Shown: in pieces, positions 28,714 through 38,970 of the stretch
Layout of the letters: every line of letters starts with the position of its first letter
How positions within the stretch are numbered: position 1 is the first letter of the stretch
Source: Clostridia bacterium
GTDB lineage: Bacteria > Bacillota > Clostridia > RUG12999
Length of the DNA stretch: 64,000 nt
Direction of reading: 5' to 3'
Assembly: GCA_045580815.1 (NCBI GenBank)
Contig: JAZNOL010000095.1
Location: forward strand, 6,697-70,696
Notes under the pieces: generated by a model
The model's input: the letters and a program-made list of their open reading frames with translations, nothing else
What the model was told of the DNA's origin: nothing
Database searches by the model: none
Translations under genes and position numbers: made by a program

Positions 28714-31410
28714 ATGAATATAAAATTAAAATCACTCTTATATCTTGTTATTACAGTTGCAGTTTTAACCGCAAGTTTAAATACGCGGGTTTTTGCTAAA
28801 ATAGACCCTGCCGAAGTAATGTCACAGCTTGATATTATGGAAATTGGCGAAGAAAACCCGGAAATCACGCGCGGAGAAATGGCAACAGCACTTATCAACC
28901 TGATTATGGGTAAAAAGCAAAGTGAGCTTGTGTACAAAGATGTGTTTGCTGACGTAACCTACGGACACAAAGACAGTATCGGCATTTATGCTTCTTATGT
29001 TTTTGGCATAGTAAAGGGTGACACGGACGGCAATTTCAGACCTGATGATATTTTAACCTATGACGAAGCCGTGACTATGGTTGTGAATGTTTTAGGATAC
29101 AAAGAAATAGCCAATCAGACAAGCTATATGGCAACAGCTTACAGAATAGGACTTCTTAAAAATATCACTCCTCCCCAAAATGGCAAAATGACACAAAGCG
29201 ATGCATCAAGACTTATTTTCAACGCAATGGATATAAGCATGATGATAAGCTACATTGCCGATGGCGAAATAAAATACGAAACTGCCGCAGGCGACACTCC
29301 GCTTAAAGCATATCTGGGGCTTACTTACGGAAAAGGCGTTGTAACACGTTATTTAAACTCTACCACCTCAGAATCGCCGCAGAAAGGCACAAAAGAAGAT
29401 GAAGTTGTTATTGGAAACACCATCTTTAAAGCAGGTGATTTCAATTTTGTTGATAAACTTGGTTATTCTTTCGGGTACTATTACAAAGAAACAGACGGAA
29501 TAAAAACTCTTGTTTGCGTAGTTCCTCTTGATAATCAGGTTATCACGGTAAACAATCGGGATGTTGCAAAATGCGAGGATTACAGAGTTTCTTACTATGT
29601 GGACGAAACTTTAAAAAAGGCAAAATTTTCAAAATACACCGATGTTGTTATTGACGGAAAAGCAAAAATCGACTATTCTTTTGCCGACCTCGGTGCAAAA
29701 GACAACAGCGGAATTACAACATTTATTGACAATGACAACGACGGCACATACGATGTTATAATTATCACAAACCCCAAAAACCATGTGGTACACAGCATCG
29801 ATATGTACAACAAAATTATTTACACAAAAAATCTTGATGCAATCGACACTGAAAAATATGAGCACGTTTATATTTACAACAAGGACAGAAAAAAAGCTAC
29901 GCTTGAAGATATAAAAGAAAATGATGTTGTTTCTGTTGTTGCATCCGGAAATAGGCTTGAAATAACGGTTTCCGACATCAAAACCGAGGACGAAATTGAA
30001 AGTATTGACGACAAAAGCGTTACGCTTGCTTCCGGGAAAACTCATTTTACTGACCCGGATTTCAGAGCTGAAACAAACCTTATTCTCGGTAAAAAAGCCT
30101 CGTTTTTATTCGACTGGCGTGGTAATATCTGCGGAACATATGACGATGCGTTTAAATCACCGCGTGGTTATTTAAAAACCGTTGCTAAAGAAAGCGGTAT
30201 AAGCTCTGATGTAAAAGTCAAAATCTTTACTGCTGACGGAACCTTTATTGTTCTTAATGTGCCCAAAAACATATCGGTTGACGGCGAAAACATGTCAAGC
30301 GACGATTTTTATAAAACCTTTACGGCAATTGATACGGAAAACGGCGGCGAAACCTACACAAAAATGCAGGTTGTGGCATACGAAACAAATGCCGCAGGAG
30401 ACGGTCTTGTTAGGCTTGACACGGCAAAGCAGGGTAAATTTGAAAACGAAACCAACCTTAAGGTTGACAGCTTTAAAGACGAAACATGGTTATCCTCTCC
30501 ATATGGCATAAACACTTTGGACAGTACGGTTTCGTTTATGACAGATTCCACTGTTTTCTGCGTGCCTATGCTTTCATCATCGGCAGCTCCTTCTGATTCA
30601 AACAAATTTTCTGACGAAGATTTCCAAGTTATGAAGGGCACAGAAAAAATGTATGATTTTCAGATGACCAAACCACGTCTTGATGCTGTAGATACAGATG
30701 ACGGCGGCATTTCGGATATTATGGTTTACTATTATACATGGTCCGAAACCGTTAAAGAGGGCGGAAACTTCACAGATATAGGTAAATACAACGAATCTGT
30801 AATGGTCGAAAAAGTTTTTGATGTGTATGAAAACGGGAACACCGTAACAAAACTTTCATATTACTTTAAAGACGTAACATATACGGTTGAAGCCGTTGAT
30901 AAAAATGTGTTTATGAAACCTGTATATGACAAAAACGGCAAAAAAATAAATGGCAAATTCAAACCGCTTCACAAAGGCGATATCATAAGAATACGTACCG
31001 ATTTTAACGGCAGGGCAACAAATATTTATGTTGATTTGGATGTTGAGCGTAGCGACAACGGAATATTTGCAAGCTATACAGACAACTCATCCTTTGATGT
31101 TGGTATTCTTTACAAAAAAACAGGTATCGGCATGAAGCTTTTGACTACACTTAACAACAACCCGGCACCGTACAACCCATTAAAACCGCTGGAAACATTT
31201 GATGTAACCGATGTGCATGTGTGGCCATTCAGCAGTGGTACAACCGCACAAACCATTTTCTTTGCAACCTATGACAGAGAAACAGGTTCAATCACCAGAT
31301 CCGAATATGATGATTTGATTGATTGTGAAACGGATCCCGCAAACGCATCACTGGTGTTCATCAGAGTTACCAATAGATTTGCATCCAGGGTAATGTATAT
31401 TATAAAATGA
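28714..31410 (+). CDS. SLH-domain surface protein, 898 aa; tandem paralog of 25947..28700
   Basis: RBS AGGAGG. SLH-like N-terminus (ITRGEMATALINLIMG, YASYVFGIVKGDTDGNFRPDDILTYDEAVTMVVNVLGY). The C-terminal block KPVYDKNGKKINGKFKPLHKGDIIRIRTDFNGRA matches KPVYDADGNIVPGQFKNLEKGDVIYLYSDFKGRA in the upstream paralog. Confidence 0.8.
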   Translation: MNIKLKSLLYLVITVAVLTASLNTRVFAKIDPAEVMSQLDIMEIGEENPEITRGEMATALINLIMGKKQSELVYKDVFADVTYGHKDSIGIYASYVFGIVKGDTDGNFRPDDILTYDEAVTMVVNVLGYKEIANQTSYMATAYRIGLLKNITPPQNGKMTQSDASRLIFNAMDISMMISYIADGEIKYETAAGDTPLKAYLGLTYGKGVVTRYLNSTTSESPQKGTKEDEVVIGNTIFKAGDFNFVDKLGYSFGYYYKETDGIKTLVCVVPLDNQVITVNNRDVAKCEDYRVSYYVDETLKKAKFSKYTDVVIDGKAKIDYSFADLGAKDNSGITTFIDNDNDGTYDVIIITNPKNHVVHSIDMYNKIIYTKNLDAIDTEKYEHVYIYNKDRKKATLEDIKENDVVSVVASGNRLEITVSDIKTEDEIESIDDKSVTLASGKTHFTDPDFRAETNLILGKKASFLFDWRGNICGTYDDAFKSPRGYLKTVAKESGISSDVKVKIFTADGTFIVLNVPKNISVDGENMSSDDFYKTFTAIDTENGGETYTKMQVVAYETNAAGDGLVRLDTAKQGKFENETNLKVDSFKDETWLSSPYGINTLDSTVSFMTDSTVFCVPMLSSSAAPSDSNKFSDEDFQVMKGTEKMYDFQMTKPRLDAVDTDDGGISDIMVYYYTWSETVKEGGNFTDIGKYNESVMVEKVFDVYENGNTVTKLSYYFKDVTYTVEAVDKNVFMKPVYDKNGKKINGKFKPLHKGDIIRIRTDFNGRATNIYVDLDVERSDNGIFASYTDNSSFDVGILYKKTGIGMKLLTTLNNNPAPYNPLKPLETFDVTDVHVWPFSSGTTAQTIFFATYDRETGSITRSEYDDLIDCETDPANASLVFIRVTNRFASRVMYIIK

Positions 31411-31430
31411 GACTGATTTAACAAAAAATC

Positions 31431-31466
31431 TTTGACATTCCGCATAATGTCATATTATGATTTACC
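31431..31466 (+). promoter_or_regulatory. Candidate internal promoter (-35 TTGACA) overlapping a 6-bp inverted repeat CATAAT-gtcat-ATTATG
   Basis: TTGACAttccgcataatgtcatATTATGAT lies within the only sizeable gap (145 bp) of the plus-strand operon. Confidence 0.3.
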
Positions 31467-31555
31467 GCAATTTGTTATACAGCCTGATTTTAAAAGGGGG
31501 AATTTAAAAAATACTGATTTGGGTCTGAACTTAAAAACAAAAAATTTAAAAGGAG

Positions 31556-33241
31556 ATGTTTTCTTTGAAAAGTAAAGTTTTATCACTTGTTTTAGCTATT
31601 TCACTTGTTGCATTAACATCAGTGAATGTTTTTGCATCAACTGCTATTGAAAATGATTCATTCACATTTAACATTGTTGATTCTGCTGTTTGCGGCAACG
31701 ATGTTACAGACGGCACACAGCTTCCGACATGTAACGAAACTACACATTCTTATTACACATGGAATGTTGTAAGCAAATCAAATGAAGAAAATTTCAACAC
31801 AAATGCTGTTTACACAACCTACAACGGTAAAAAAGCCATTAAAGTTGAAGGTAACGGTATGCCTATTGAACTTCGCTATTATATTCCGGTTGCTGATTTA
31901 ATGCACTACGGACTTGGTTCATACACTTATCAGCCAAAATTTGTTTTGAGAAATCCCACAGCAGAGGCTGACCTGGTGGTTAAACCCACAACAGGCGAAA
32001 TTCTTGGTACAACACTTGTTGAATATATGCTTGGTGCACAGTGTATCAATACACTTGGTGCAACAAGAGACTATGCAATGTTTTATCAGACAAACACCTT
32101 TGCAAACGGTGAAGCAGCACCTACTGCTCTTCGCTACAGTATAACAGCAGCTTTTGGCGGAATAAGATTTACAGAACCTTTTAATGGTAATGTATCCGGC
32201 ACGGTTGACCCGGGTACTGCTAAAAAATATTCAAAGTTCTTTAATATGGAAAGAGACTGGTCTCTTATCGGAACTTATGTAAACGTAAAAATGACAGGTG
32301 TTACCGCCGGCACAACCTTGTATCTGCTTGAAGCTCCCTTTACCTGCACAGTTACAGAAGGTAAAAAAGTCATCGATATGAACATGAAAAGCGGCGAAGC
32401 AGAGACCTTAAACAGCGATGCTGATTTCACAGCAAGCTACTCTCTTGCAAACGTTTCAATGTTTACACATCACGCTGCTGTTGCTGCTTATAACAATGTA
32501 TGGCACAAATGGAACGGCAGAGCTTTCGGTGGCACAATTTCAAGAGGAACAGACGGCACTCTTGAAATTACAAATACCGCAACAAACACCATACCGCCTG
32601 TTGTTTATCAGAACCTGCCCGGTTTTGACGCAGAAAAACAGTATGCGATGCAGGTACGTATGAAAGTTGACACTTCTGCTACCGATGAAGACTATGTTCT
32701 GCCCGAACTTTATATGTTTGCCGGCAAAAACTGGGGTACAGACAATTGGAATTTAAAATATGCCGAAATTTCCGAAAATGACGGAGAATATGTTACATAC
32801 ACTTGTGTATTTGATAAAGGTTTACTTAAAGATGCCAACTCCGACAGAAGTGTAATAGGTATTATTCTTGCAAACGAGAGTGAATCTTTCCTTAGCATCA
32901 TAAGTGCCGGTGCAGCAAAATTCACTATTGACAGCATAGATGTTTATGAATCTGATGCAGAAGGCAACAGACTTGTTCTTGCAAATGCCGCTGTTACAGC
33001 AGCTAACCTTGACACAGACGATATGCCTCTCACATATATTGTTGCCGGCTATAACGCCGACGGAAGCCTTGCAGGTGCACCTGTTATCGAAACAAAGACA
33101 GTTGCAGGCGGTACAACAGAAACATTTAACACTGATATTGCAAGCTTCACAACATATGACAATGTTAAACTTTTTGCCTGGAAAGGTATTGGCGATTTAG
33201 TTCCCTACTGCGCATCCGTAAACGATATTATATCACAGTAA
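31556..33241 (+). CDS. Secreted hypothetical protein, 561 aa, with a C-terminal KLxxWxG small domain
   Basis: ORF track. The signal peptide (LKSKVLSLVLAISLVALTSVNVFAS) suggests a TTG start at 31565, 9 nt after RBS AAAGGAG. No recognisable catalytic motif. The C-terminal region ...YDNVKLFAWKGIGDLVPY is shared with two other proteins of the locus. Confidence 0.7.
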   Translation: MFSLKSKVLSLVLAISLVALTSVNVFASTAIENDSFTFNIVDSAVCGNDVTDGTQLPTCNETTHSYYTWNVVSKSNEENFNTNAVYTTYNGKKAIKVEGNGMPIELRYYIPVADLMHYGLGSYTYQPKFVLRNPTAEADLVVKPTTGEILGTTLVEYMLGAQCINTLGATRDYAMFYQTNTFANGEAAPTALRYSITAAFGGIRFTEPFNGNVSGTVDPGTAKKYSKFFNMERDWSLIGTYVNVKMTGVTAGTTLYLLEAPFTCTVTEGKKVIDMNMKSGEAETLNSDADFTASYSLANVSMFTHHAAVAAYNNVWHKWNGRAFGGTISRGTDGTLEITNTATNTIPPVVYQNLPGFDAEKQYAMQVRMKVDTSATDEDYVLPELYMFAGKNWGTDNWNLKYAEISENDGEYVTYTCVFDKGLLKDANSDRSVIGIILANESESFLSIISAGAAKFTIDSIDVYESDAEGNRLVLANAAVTAANLDTDDMPLTYIVAGYNADGSLAGAPVIETKTVAGGTTETFNTDIASFTTYDNVKLFAWKGIGDLVPYCASVNDIISQ

Positions 33242-33247
33242 TGCAGG

Positions 33248-33280
33248 TTTATCCGGGGATTTTCTAAATCCCCGGATAAA
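33248..33280 (+). promoter_or_regulatory. Intra-operon stem-loop (12-bp stem) without a clear U-run
   Basis: TTTATCCGGGGA-ttttctaaa-TCCCCGGATAAA. Confidence 0.4.
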
Positions 33281-33313
33281 TTAAACTTAACAAGAAAGAC
33301 GGAGATACGCTCT

Positions 33314-36300
33314 ATGCACAAATTTAAACTTTTAATTTTTTCGTTTCTTATTTTTGTTATGACTTTCGGCACATACTCTCTTGTTGATGCTGCCGAAACA
33401 AAATTGCCCGAAGCAGACGGATATACCGAATTCTGCTTTTTTTCGCAAGGAAAATATTCAAACATCAGCCACAGCCATCATACCTCAGGGCTTAATTTTA
33501 CAAGAACAACAGCATTTGGCGGCGTTACATCAAAACAGTCTATTTTTATGACTTATTCAGAAAAAAGAGAAGATTTTGCATATTACAATTTTGGTATGTT
33601 ACGCCTCACCCTTCCCGATCCCGAAAATTATGCAATAAGTCTTTATTATAAACACCTTGGCACTACCGACAAACTCCGTATAGGTCTGCGTTGCTACGGA
33701 ATCGAAGCAGATGCAAACAATGACGTAACGGATTCAGGATACATATATTTAAATATTTCAGATGTTCCCGGTTTTGACAAAACAAAAACCGGTTGGCAAA
33801 AAATTGTAATTCCTTTCAATTACCTCAAAGAGTACGGCACTTTTGACGGTGATTTGTTCAGCAACAGTATAACCGAATTTAACTGGAAAAGAATAAGAGA
33901 CATTGCTTTTGTGTTACCTACTGACGGTATGACTGTCGGCACAGGCATTGGTGCTTTTGATGATATAAAAATTACAGAATATATTGACAAACCTCAAAAC
34001 TTCAAAAATTCCACAACTCAGTCCGGATGCCTGGTATCATTTGACCCGCCTGCCGGCAGTGTATGCGAAATCACCGGCTATGATATTTACAGAGAAACTA
34101 TCAGCATGAGCAAAAAAGTTTTGACAGCCGGCGAAGGATATTTTCTTGAAAAAGACAACAACCTCGCCCATTTTGAAACTCTTGATGCAAGCAAAACACA
34201 TTTTAGCGATACTAAACTCAGTGACGACAAAATGTATGTTTATTATATACAGACTCTCGGTGAGCGTGACGGCACATTATACCGTTCAATCCCTGCTGTT
34301 GAAATTGTTTCGGTTTTTGACTCTTCGGCACAAATTACAACCGACACAGCATTAACTTCGCCAAAAGACGTTTTTATTGTAACAAACGAAGCAGTATCAA
34401 CTGTTGTGTGGGATTGTGACGACACTCCCGACCGTTATTATATAACAAAAAACGGCAGTTTCTGCGGCAAAACAACAACAAATTATTATATTGATAAAAA
34501 CTATTCTGCCGGCGATGTTTACACCGTCAGCGCATTTTATTCGCATTCAAACAAGCTTTCGGATGCCATAACTGCACAAAACCGCAGTATTGAAACCAAG
34601 CTTGTCATAGACAGTTATAAATTTACCGATACTTCAGGCAACGAAGTTTCTGTTTCGGGAAATTCCGATGACATAAAAAACTGCGTAATAAACACATCCA
34701 ACTTTACAGGCAATCCTACAGGTGCTAAAGTAATTGTTGCAGTTTATGAAAACAGCACATTAAACGAGGTTTATTCTTTCACAAAAGAAATTCAGCCCGG
34801 AGAAACAGAATTCAGCCTTCCTGTAAACCTGCGTACTCTTACACCGACCGAATACAAACTTAAACTTATGATGTGGGACGGGTTTGGCAATCTTATTCCA
34901 ATTGCCGATGCGAAAGAAAATGTTTATCCTGCCAATGCAACAGAGTTAAACAAATATGAAATAAACGTCACGGACGAAACACGACAAACCATGCGTGCAT
35001 TCGGTTTTTCGCCCACACTAAACTTCATATCAACCGCTGACGGCTTTGATAATTCTTTTGGGTTTAAAAATCATCAGGCACTGGCAGATGTACTTATCAA
35101 AGAATCGGGAATCAGCATGGCACGCCATTTTGTAAAATCCGAGTCTATGAACTTTGACGGCAGTATTAATCATGAAATTTTCAAGGATGTTACCGATTTT
35201 ATTGATTATATTACGAAAAACGGACTCGAAACCTATATGCTTACATTTACCGGTCCAAGACTTGACTGGTGCCTAATAGACCCTGAAGAAACAAACCCGT
35301 CGCTTGATTTCATTTTCCTCGAAGAATATGAGGACGTTTACTGCCGGGCAATGGTAAACCAGATGATTTATCTGCGTGACAACGGTTACACAATGCCTGT
35401 GGCAATTTCTCCTTACAATGAACCCACAAACGGCAACATTCATCCTCTTCTTTTCCACGAGCAGTATTCAAGAATTGTTATAACCTTACGCAACAAACTT
35501 GACGAAGCGGGATTTGATGATTTGCCGATTATAGGCTTTGAAACTGCCAACTACACAGGCTTACAGCAAATTACCGGACGTTCACAGTCAAGCGACACTT
35601 CCTTCAGTTTCAGCCAGGTTGAAAAAATTCCCGGTTATAAAGATGCTGTTGACATAGTCGGTGTTCACTCATATGGTTCATCAGGTCAAAAGCCCGGTGA
35701 CATTGCTCTTTTTGCAAATTCTTTCCCCGAAAAAGAGCGTTGGATGACCGAAACCTCATTTGACGATATAACAGGTGAAGGTATTGACAATTCAAACCGC
35801 AATGTAGAAGCACTCAAAAAGCAAATGCAAGTGTTTGCCGGTGACGTTCAATGGGGCAGACACAATGTATGGCTCTATTGGCTTGGCACATATTATGCAA
35901 TAGTTCCTTCGCAAAACGATGTCCCTGTTTACATTGACAGAAATAACGAGCGGGTATATCAGTCACTTGTTTTTGCTACTCCCGGCAGTAACAGAATTTA
36001 CAGAAGCAATTTGTACTACGCACTTTCGACCATATTCCGAAATGTAAAACCCGGTTCTGTTGTAAAAGGTGTGGAAACAACATGTCCCACTCTTGTAAAC
36101 GAGTCAGGATACAGAGCCGATATTGCGGCATTTGAACACGAAAACGGCAGTCTTGTTATGCTTGTAAACGACTCCGACAATGACATGACAATGAATTTTA
36201 GCGGTCTTAAAGGCGAAATAGCTTCTGCATACAGTGTGCGTGACAGCCGTGAGGGTATTACAAAACTTTGCACAAAAACAGTAACAAACAGCAATATTTC

Positions 36301-36379
36301 CGAAGTATTTGTTCCTGCAAACAGTGTTGTTTTTGTTGTTTCGGGAACGGATAACACTCTCAAGAGTGTTGATTGGTAA
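33314..36379 (+). CDS. Secreted 1021-aa glycoside hydrolase (clan GH-A, GH30/GH5-like catalytic domain at the C-terminus) with N-terminal beta-sandwich and FN3-like regions and the KLxxWDG small domain
   Basis: Signal peptide MHKFKLLIFSFLIFVMTFGTYSLVDA. Catalytic motifs AISPYNEPTNG (acid/base) and RWMTETSF (nucleophile). Small domain YKLKLMMWDGFGNLIPI. Confidence 0.8.
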   Translation: MHKFKLLIFSFLIFVMTFGTYSLVDAAETKLPEADGYTEFCFFSQGKYSNISHSHHTSGLNFTRTTAFGGVTSKQSIFMTYSEKREDFAYYNFGMLRLTLPDPENYAISLYYKHLGTTDKLRIGLRCYGIEADANNDVTDSGYIYLNISDVPGFDKTKTGWQKIVIPFNYLKEYGTFDGDLFSNSITEFNWKRIRDIAFVLPTDGMTVGTGIGAFDDIKITEYIDKPQNFKNSTTQSGCLVSFDPPAGSVCEITGYDIYRETISMSKKVLTAGEGYFLEKDNNLAHFETLDASKTHFSDTKLSDDKMYVYYIQTLGERDGTLYRSIPAVEIVSVFDSSAQITTDTALTSPKDVFIVTNEAVSTVVWDCDDTPDRYYITKNGSFCGKTTTNYYIDKNYSAGDVYTVSAFYSHSNKLSDAITAQNRSIETKLVIDSYKFTDTSGNEVSVSGNSDDIKNCVINTSNFTGNPTGAKVIVAVYENSTLNEVYSFTKEIQPGETEFSLPVNLRTLTPTEYKLKLMMWDGFGNLIPIADAKENVYPANATELNKYEINVTDETRQTMRAFGFSPTLNFISTADGFDNSFGFKNHQALADVLIKESGISMARHFVKSESMNFDGSINHEIFKDVTDFIDYITKNGLETYMLTFTGPRLDWCLIDPEETNPSLDFIFLEEYEDVYCRAMVNQMIYLRDNGYTMPVAISPYNEPTNGNIHPLLFHEQYSRIVITLRNKLDEAGFDDLPIIGFETANYTGLQQITGRSQSSDTSFSFSQVEKIPGYKDAVDIVGVHSYGSSGQKPGDIALFANSFPEKERWMTETSFDDITGEGIDNSNRNVEALKKQMQVFAGDVQWGRHNVWLYWLGTYYAIVPSQNDVPVYIDRNNERVYQSLVFATPGSNRIYRSNLYYALSTIFRNVKPGSVVKGVETTCPTLVNESGYRADIAAFEHENGSLVMLVNDSDNDMTMNFSGLKGEIASAYSVRDSREGITKLCTKTVTNSNISEVFVPANSVVFVVSGTDNTLKSVDW

Positions 36380-36393
36380 AAGGAGGCACATTC

Positions 36394-38673
36394 ATGAGCA
36401 TTGCAAAAGTAGAAAATTACAACGGATATCCGGCGATTATGGTAGACGGTGTTGCATATCCACCGATGATGGCGACTATCCGCACTAATATGAAAGACCA
36501 TATTAAAATTGACCGGGAATATATAAGAGAGCTTGGCAAAGCAGGAATTAAAATATTTTTTGTTATCTGTGATACAGAATGGCTTAAACCCGGCGCATTC
36601 GAGCTTTTCAAAGAAGAAGCCGAAGCAATTTTAGCCGAAGTTCCCGATGCCTATCTTGTACCAAGAATAGGGCTTCATCCGCCTATGTGGTGGCTTGAAG
36701 AAAATCCCGACGAGCTTGTGAGATATTCTGACGGTTCGCTTCGCCCAATGCTTCTTTACACCGAGTCGTATGTGGCAGACATTCCGGCATCGTATTCTCT
36801 TTGCTCTGAAAAATGGCGTCAGGATGCCGGCAAAGCCCTTTCTGAAATCTATGATAAAATTGAGACTCTCCCCTATGCTGACAGAATTATCGGCTATTTT
36901 CTTGCGGCAGGCAATACCTCCGAATGGTACTACGGTGCCGCTGATGACCAGAGTGAGCATAAGGAAAGAGGTGCATGTAGCGATATAAGTGATGCTTTTA
37001 AACAGTATTTTTCAAAATATCTTAAAGAAACCTATAAAACAGAAGATGCTTTAAAAAAAGCATGGAAAGACGAAACCGCAACCTTTGAAAATCCGGGGAT
37101 TGCTGATTTTGACAGCCGTTTTTTTATACTTGATGTCAGCAAAAGCCTTACAAACCCACCTCATCTTTATTCAACGGACGATAAGCCGGCTCCGGTCTCA
37201 AACGGAACAAACATAGGCGAATTTTTAGATATAAACAACTATCGCAAAACCTTTGACTATTTCAGAGCATGGCACACCGGCACGGCAGATTCGGTTATTT
37301 ATTTTGCCGATATTATTAAAAAGAAATCAAAAGATAAATTAGTAGGTGCTTTTTACGGTTCTTTCGGTTGCACAGACTATCTTTATTGCGGCACTGCCGG
37401 TGGTTCACTTAAAATTTTAGATTCTGACGTTGTGGATTTTCTTGCGGCTCCCGGTGTGTATGAAAACCGTCAGCCCGGAGGATTTACAGGTCAGCGTGAA
37501 ATGGTAGATTCTTTCAGATTGCGTAATCGTATGTTTATCGTTGAGGAGGACACCAGAACTCACAACGAAAACAGGTTTTTCCAGAGATGCAACGAGCTAT
37601 ATACCGCCGAAGATACCATAAATATTATGAAACGTGATTTTGGTAGAAATATTTGTGAAGATATTCAGGCGTGGTGGTTTGACCAGCTTATCGGTGGAAA
37701 AAGATATAAAGATCCCAAGGTTTATGAGCTTATAAAAAAACAGCAGGAAATTGCAAAAAAAGCATACGAAAAAGACCGAACAAAGCACAGCGACATTGCT
37801 TTTATTTATGACGAAGAAAGTATTGCTTTTTCTTCGCAGAAACTGTCGTTTGATGCTATTGAGCTTATGCGGGATTATGAAATTTCAAAAATCGGCACAT
37901 CTGTAGACCAGTACTATCACAACGATTTTGCAAATCCTGATATGCCGTCATACAAACTTTATGTGTTCTGCAACGTTTATTCACTGACAGACGAAGAACG
38001 CAAAGCAATAATAAACAAACTAAAAAAAGACAACGCTGTTGCTCTGTGGATGTATGCACCCGGCATTGTAAATTTGGATAAGGAAAAACCGTTTGATGTC
38101 GACAATCTTTCGGATCTTATCGGTATAAAAACCAAAATGTGCGTTGACGATATTATGTCAAAAATCAAGTTTGATGGTGAGCCGCACAAGCTCGCAGAAA
38201 ATATTGACCGCGGCGAAATTCACGGTTTCAACTACAATCTGCAAAAAGGCGTGACGGCTCCGTCAATGAGTGCAACACCGACGTTTTTGTATCCGTATTT
38301 TTACACTGATGATGACGAAGCAACGGTTCTCGCCCATTATCTTGAAACCGGCGAAGGTGCATTTTCGGTAAAAGAGCAGGACGGTTGGACTTCTGTTTTT
38401 TGCGGAAGTAAAATTTTAAGCTGTGACATATTTCGCGAAGTTGCAAAATATGCCGGATGTCATATATTTAACGACCGGAGTGATGTTGTTTATGCAAGCA
38501 GAAACTATATAACAATACATGCGTCAACATCCGGCACTAAAATATTGAATTTCCCGTTCAAATGCCGCGCCTACGAAGTATATGAAGAAAAGCTCTACGG
38601 TGAAAATACTGATAAAATTGAATTCTCGATGCTTAAAGGCGAAACAAAAATGTTTGAGCTTGTTAAAGAGTAA
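36394..38673 (+). CDS. Leaderless (probably cytoplasmic) 760-aa glycoside-hydrolase-like protein, family unassigned
   Basis: An internal ATG at 36394 sits 7 nt after RBS AAAGGAGG and avoids overlap with the upstream gene; the ORF track start is 36373. There is no signal peptide. Candidate catalytic Glu contexts are GNTSEWYYG and MFIVEEDTRTHNE. The family call is inference only. Confidence 0.55.
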   Translation: MSIAKVENYNGYPAIMVDGVAYPPMMATIRTNMKDHIKIDREYIRELGKAGIKIFFVICDTEWLKPGAFELFKEEAEAILAEVPDAYLVPRIGLHPPMWWLEENPDELVRYSDGSLRPMLLYTESYVADIPASYSLCSEKWRQDAGKALSEIYDKIETLPYADRIIGYFLAAGNTSEWYYGAADDQSEHKERGACSDISDAFKQYFSKYLKETYKTEDALKKAWKDETATFENPGIADFDSRFFILDVSKSLTNPPHLYSTDDKPAPVSNGTNIGEFLDINNYRKTFDYFRAWHTGTADSVIYFADIIKKKSKDKLVGAFYGSFGCTDYLYCGTAGGSLKILDSDVVDFLAAPGVYENRQPGGFTGQREMVDSFRLRNRMFIVEEDTRTHNENRFFQRCNELYTAEDTINIMKRDFGRNICEDIQAWWFDQLIGGKRYKDPKVYELIKKQQEIAKKAYEKDRTKHSDIAFIYDEESIAFSSQKLSFDAIELMRDYEISKIGTSVDQYYHNDFANPDMPSYKLYVFCNVYSLTDEERKAIINKLKKDNAVALWMYAPGIVNLDKEKPFDVDNLSDLIGIKTKMCVDDIMSKIKFDGEPHKLAENIDRGEIHGFNYNLQKGVTAPSMSATPTFLYPYFYTDDDEATVLAHYLETGEGAFSVKEQDGWTSVFCGSKILSCDIFREVAKYAGCHIFNDRSDVVYASRNYITIHASTSGTKILNFPFKCRAYEVYEEKLYGENTDKIEFSMLKGETKMFELVKE

Positions 38674-38822
38674 AATATGGTTTTTTATGCAAACACTTTG
38701 ACCGGCTACCACACATACACACCGACAAAGCCTAACATTAAAATTGCAAAAAGAACAAATTTTATATGAATACATCATAACCATCTGCAAATGAACGCAT
38801 TAAATAACAGTTAATACTAAAA

Positions 38823-38866
38823 AGACACCATTTTCCCCAGGAGAAGAAACGGTGTCTTTTGTTTAT
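38823..38866 (+). terminator. Probable rho-independent terminator of the plus-strand operon
   Basis: AGACACC...GGTGTCT stem followed by TTTTGTTTAT. Confidence 0.5.
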
Positions 38867-38923
38867 ATTGTTATTCCTCAACATATCGCAGAATTTGCAA
38901 AATCAGACCAAATAAGAAAAACC

Positions 38924-38952
38924 TTGACAAATCACTTTCGTTATTGTAAAAT
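38924..38952 (+). promoter_or_regulatory. Candidate sigma-A promoter of the VanY-like gene (-35 TTGACA, 17 nt, -10 TAAAAT)
   Basis: TTGACA(38924..38929)-aatcactttcgttattg-TAAAAT(38947..38952). Confidence 0.35.
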
Positions 38953-38970
38953 ATAATACGGGTGATTTAA

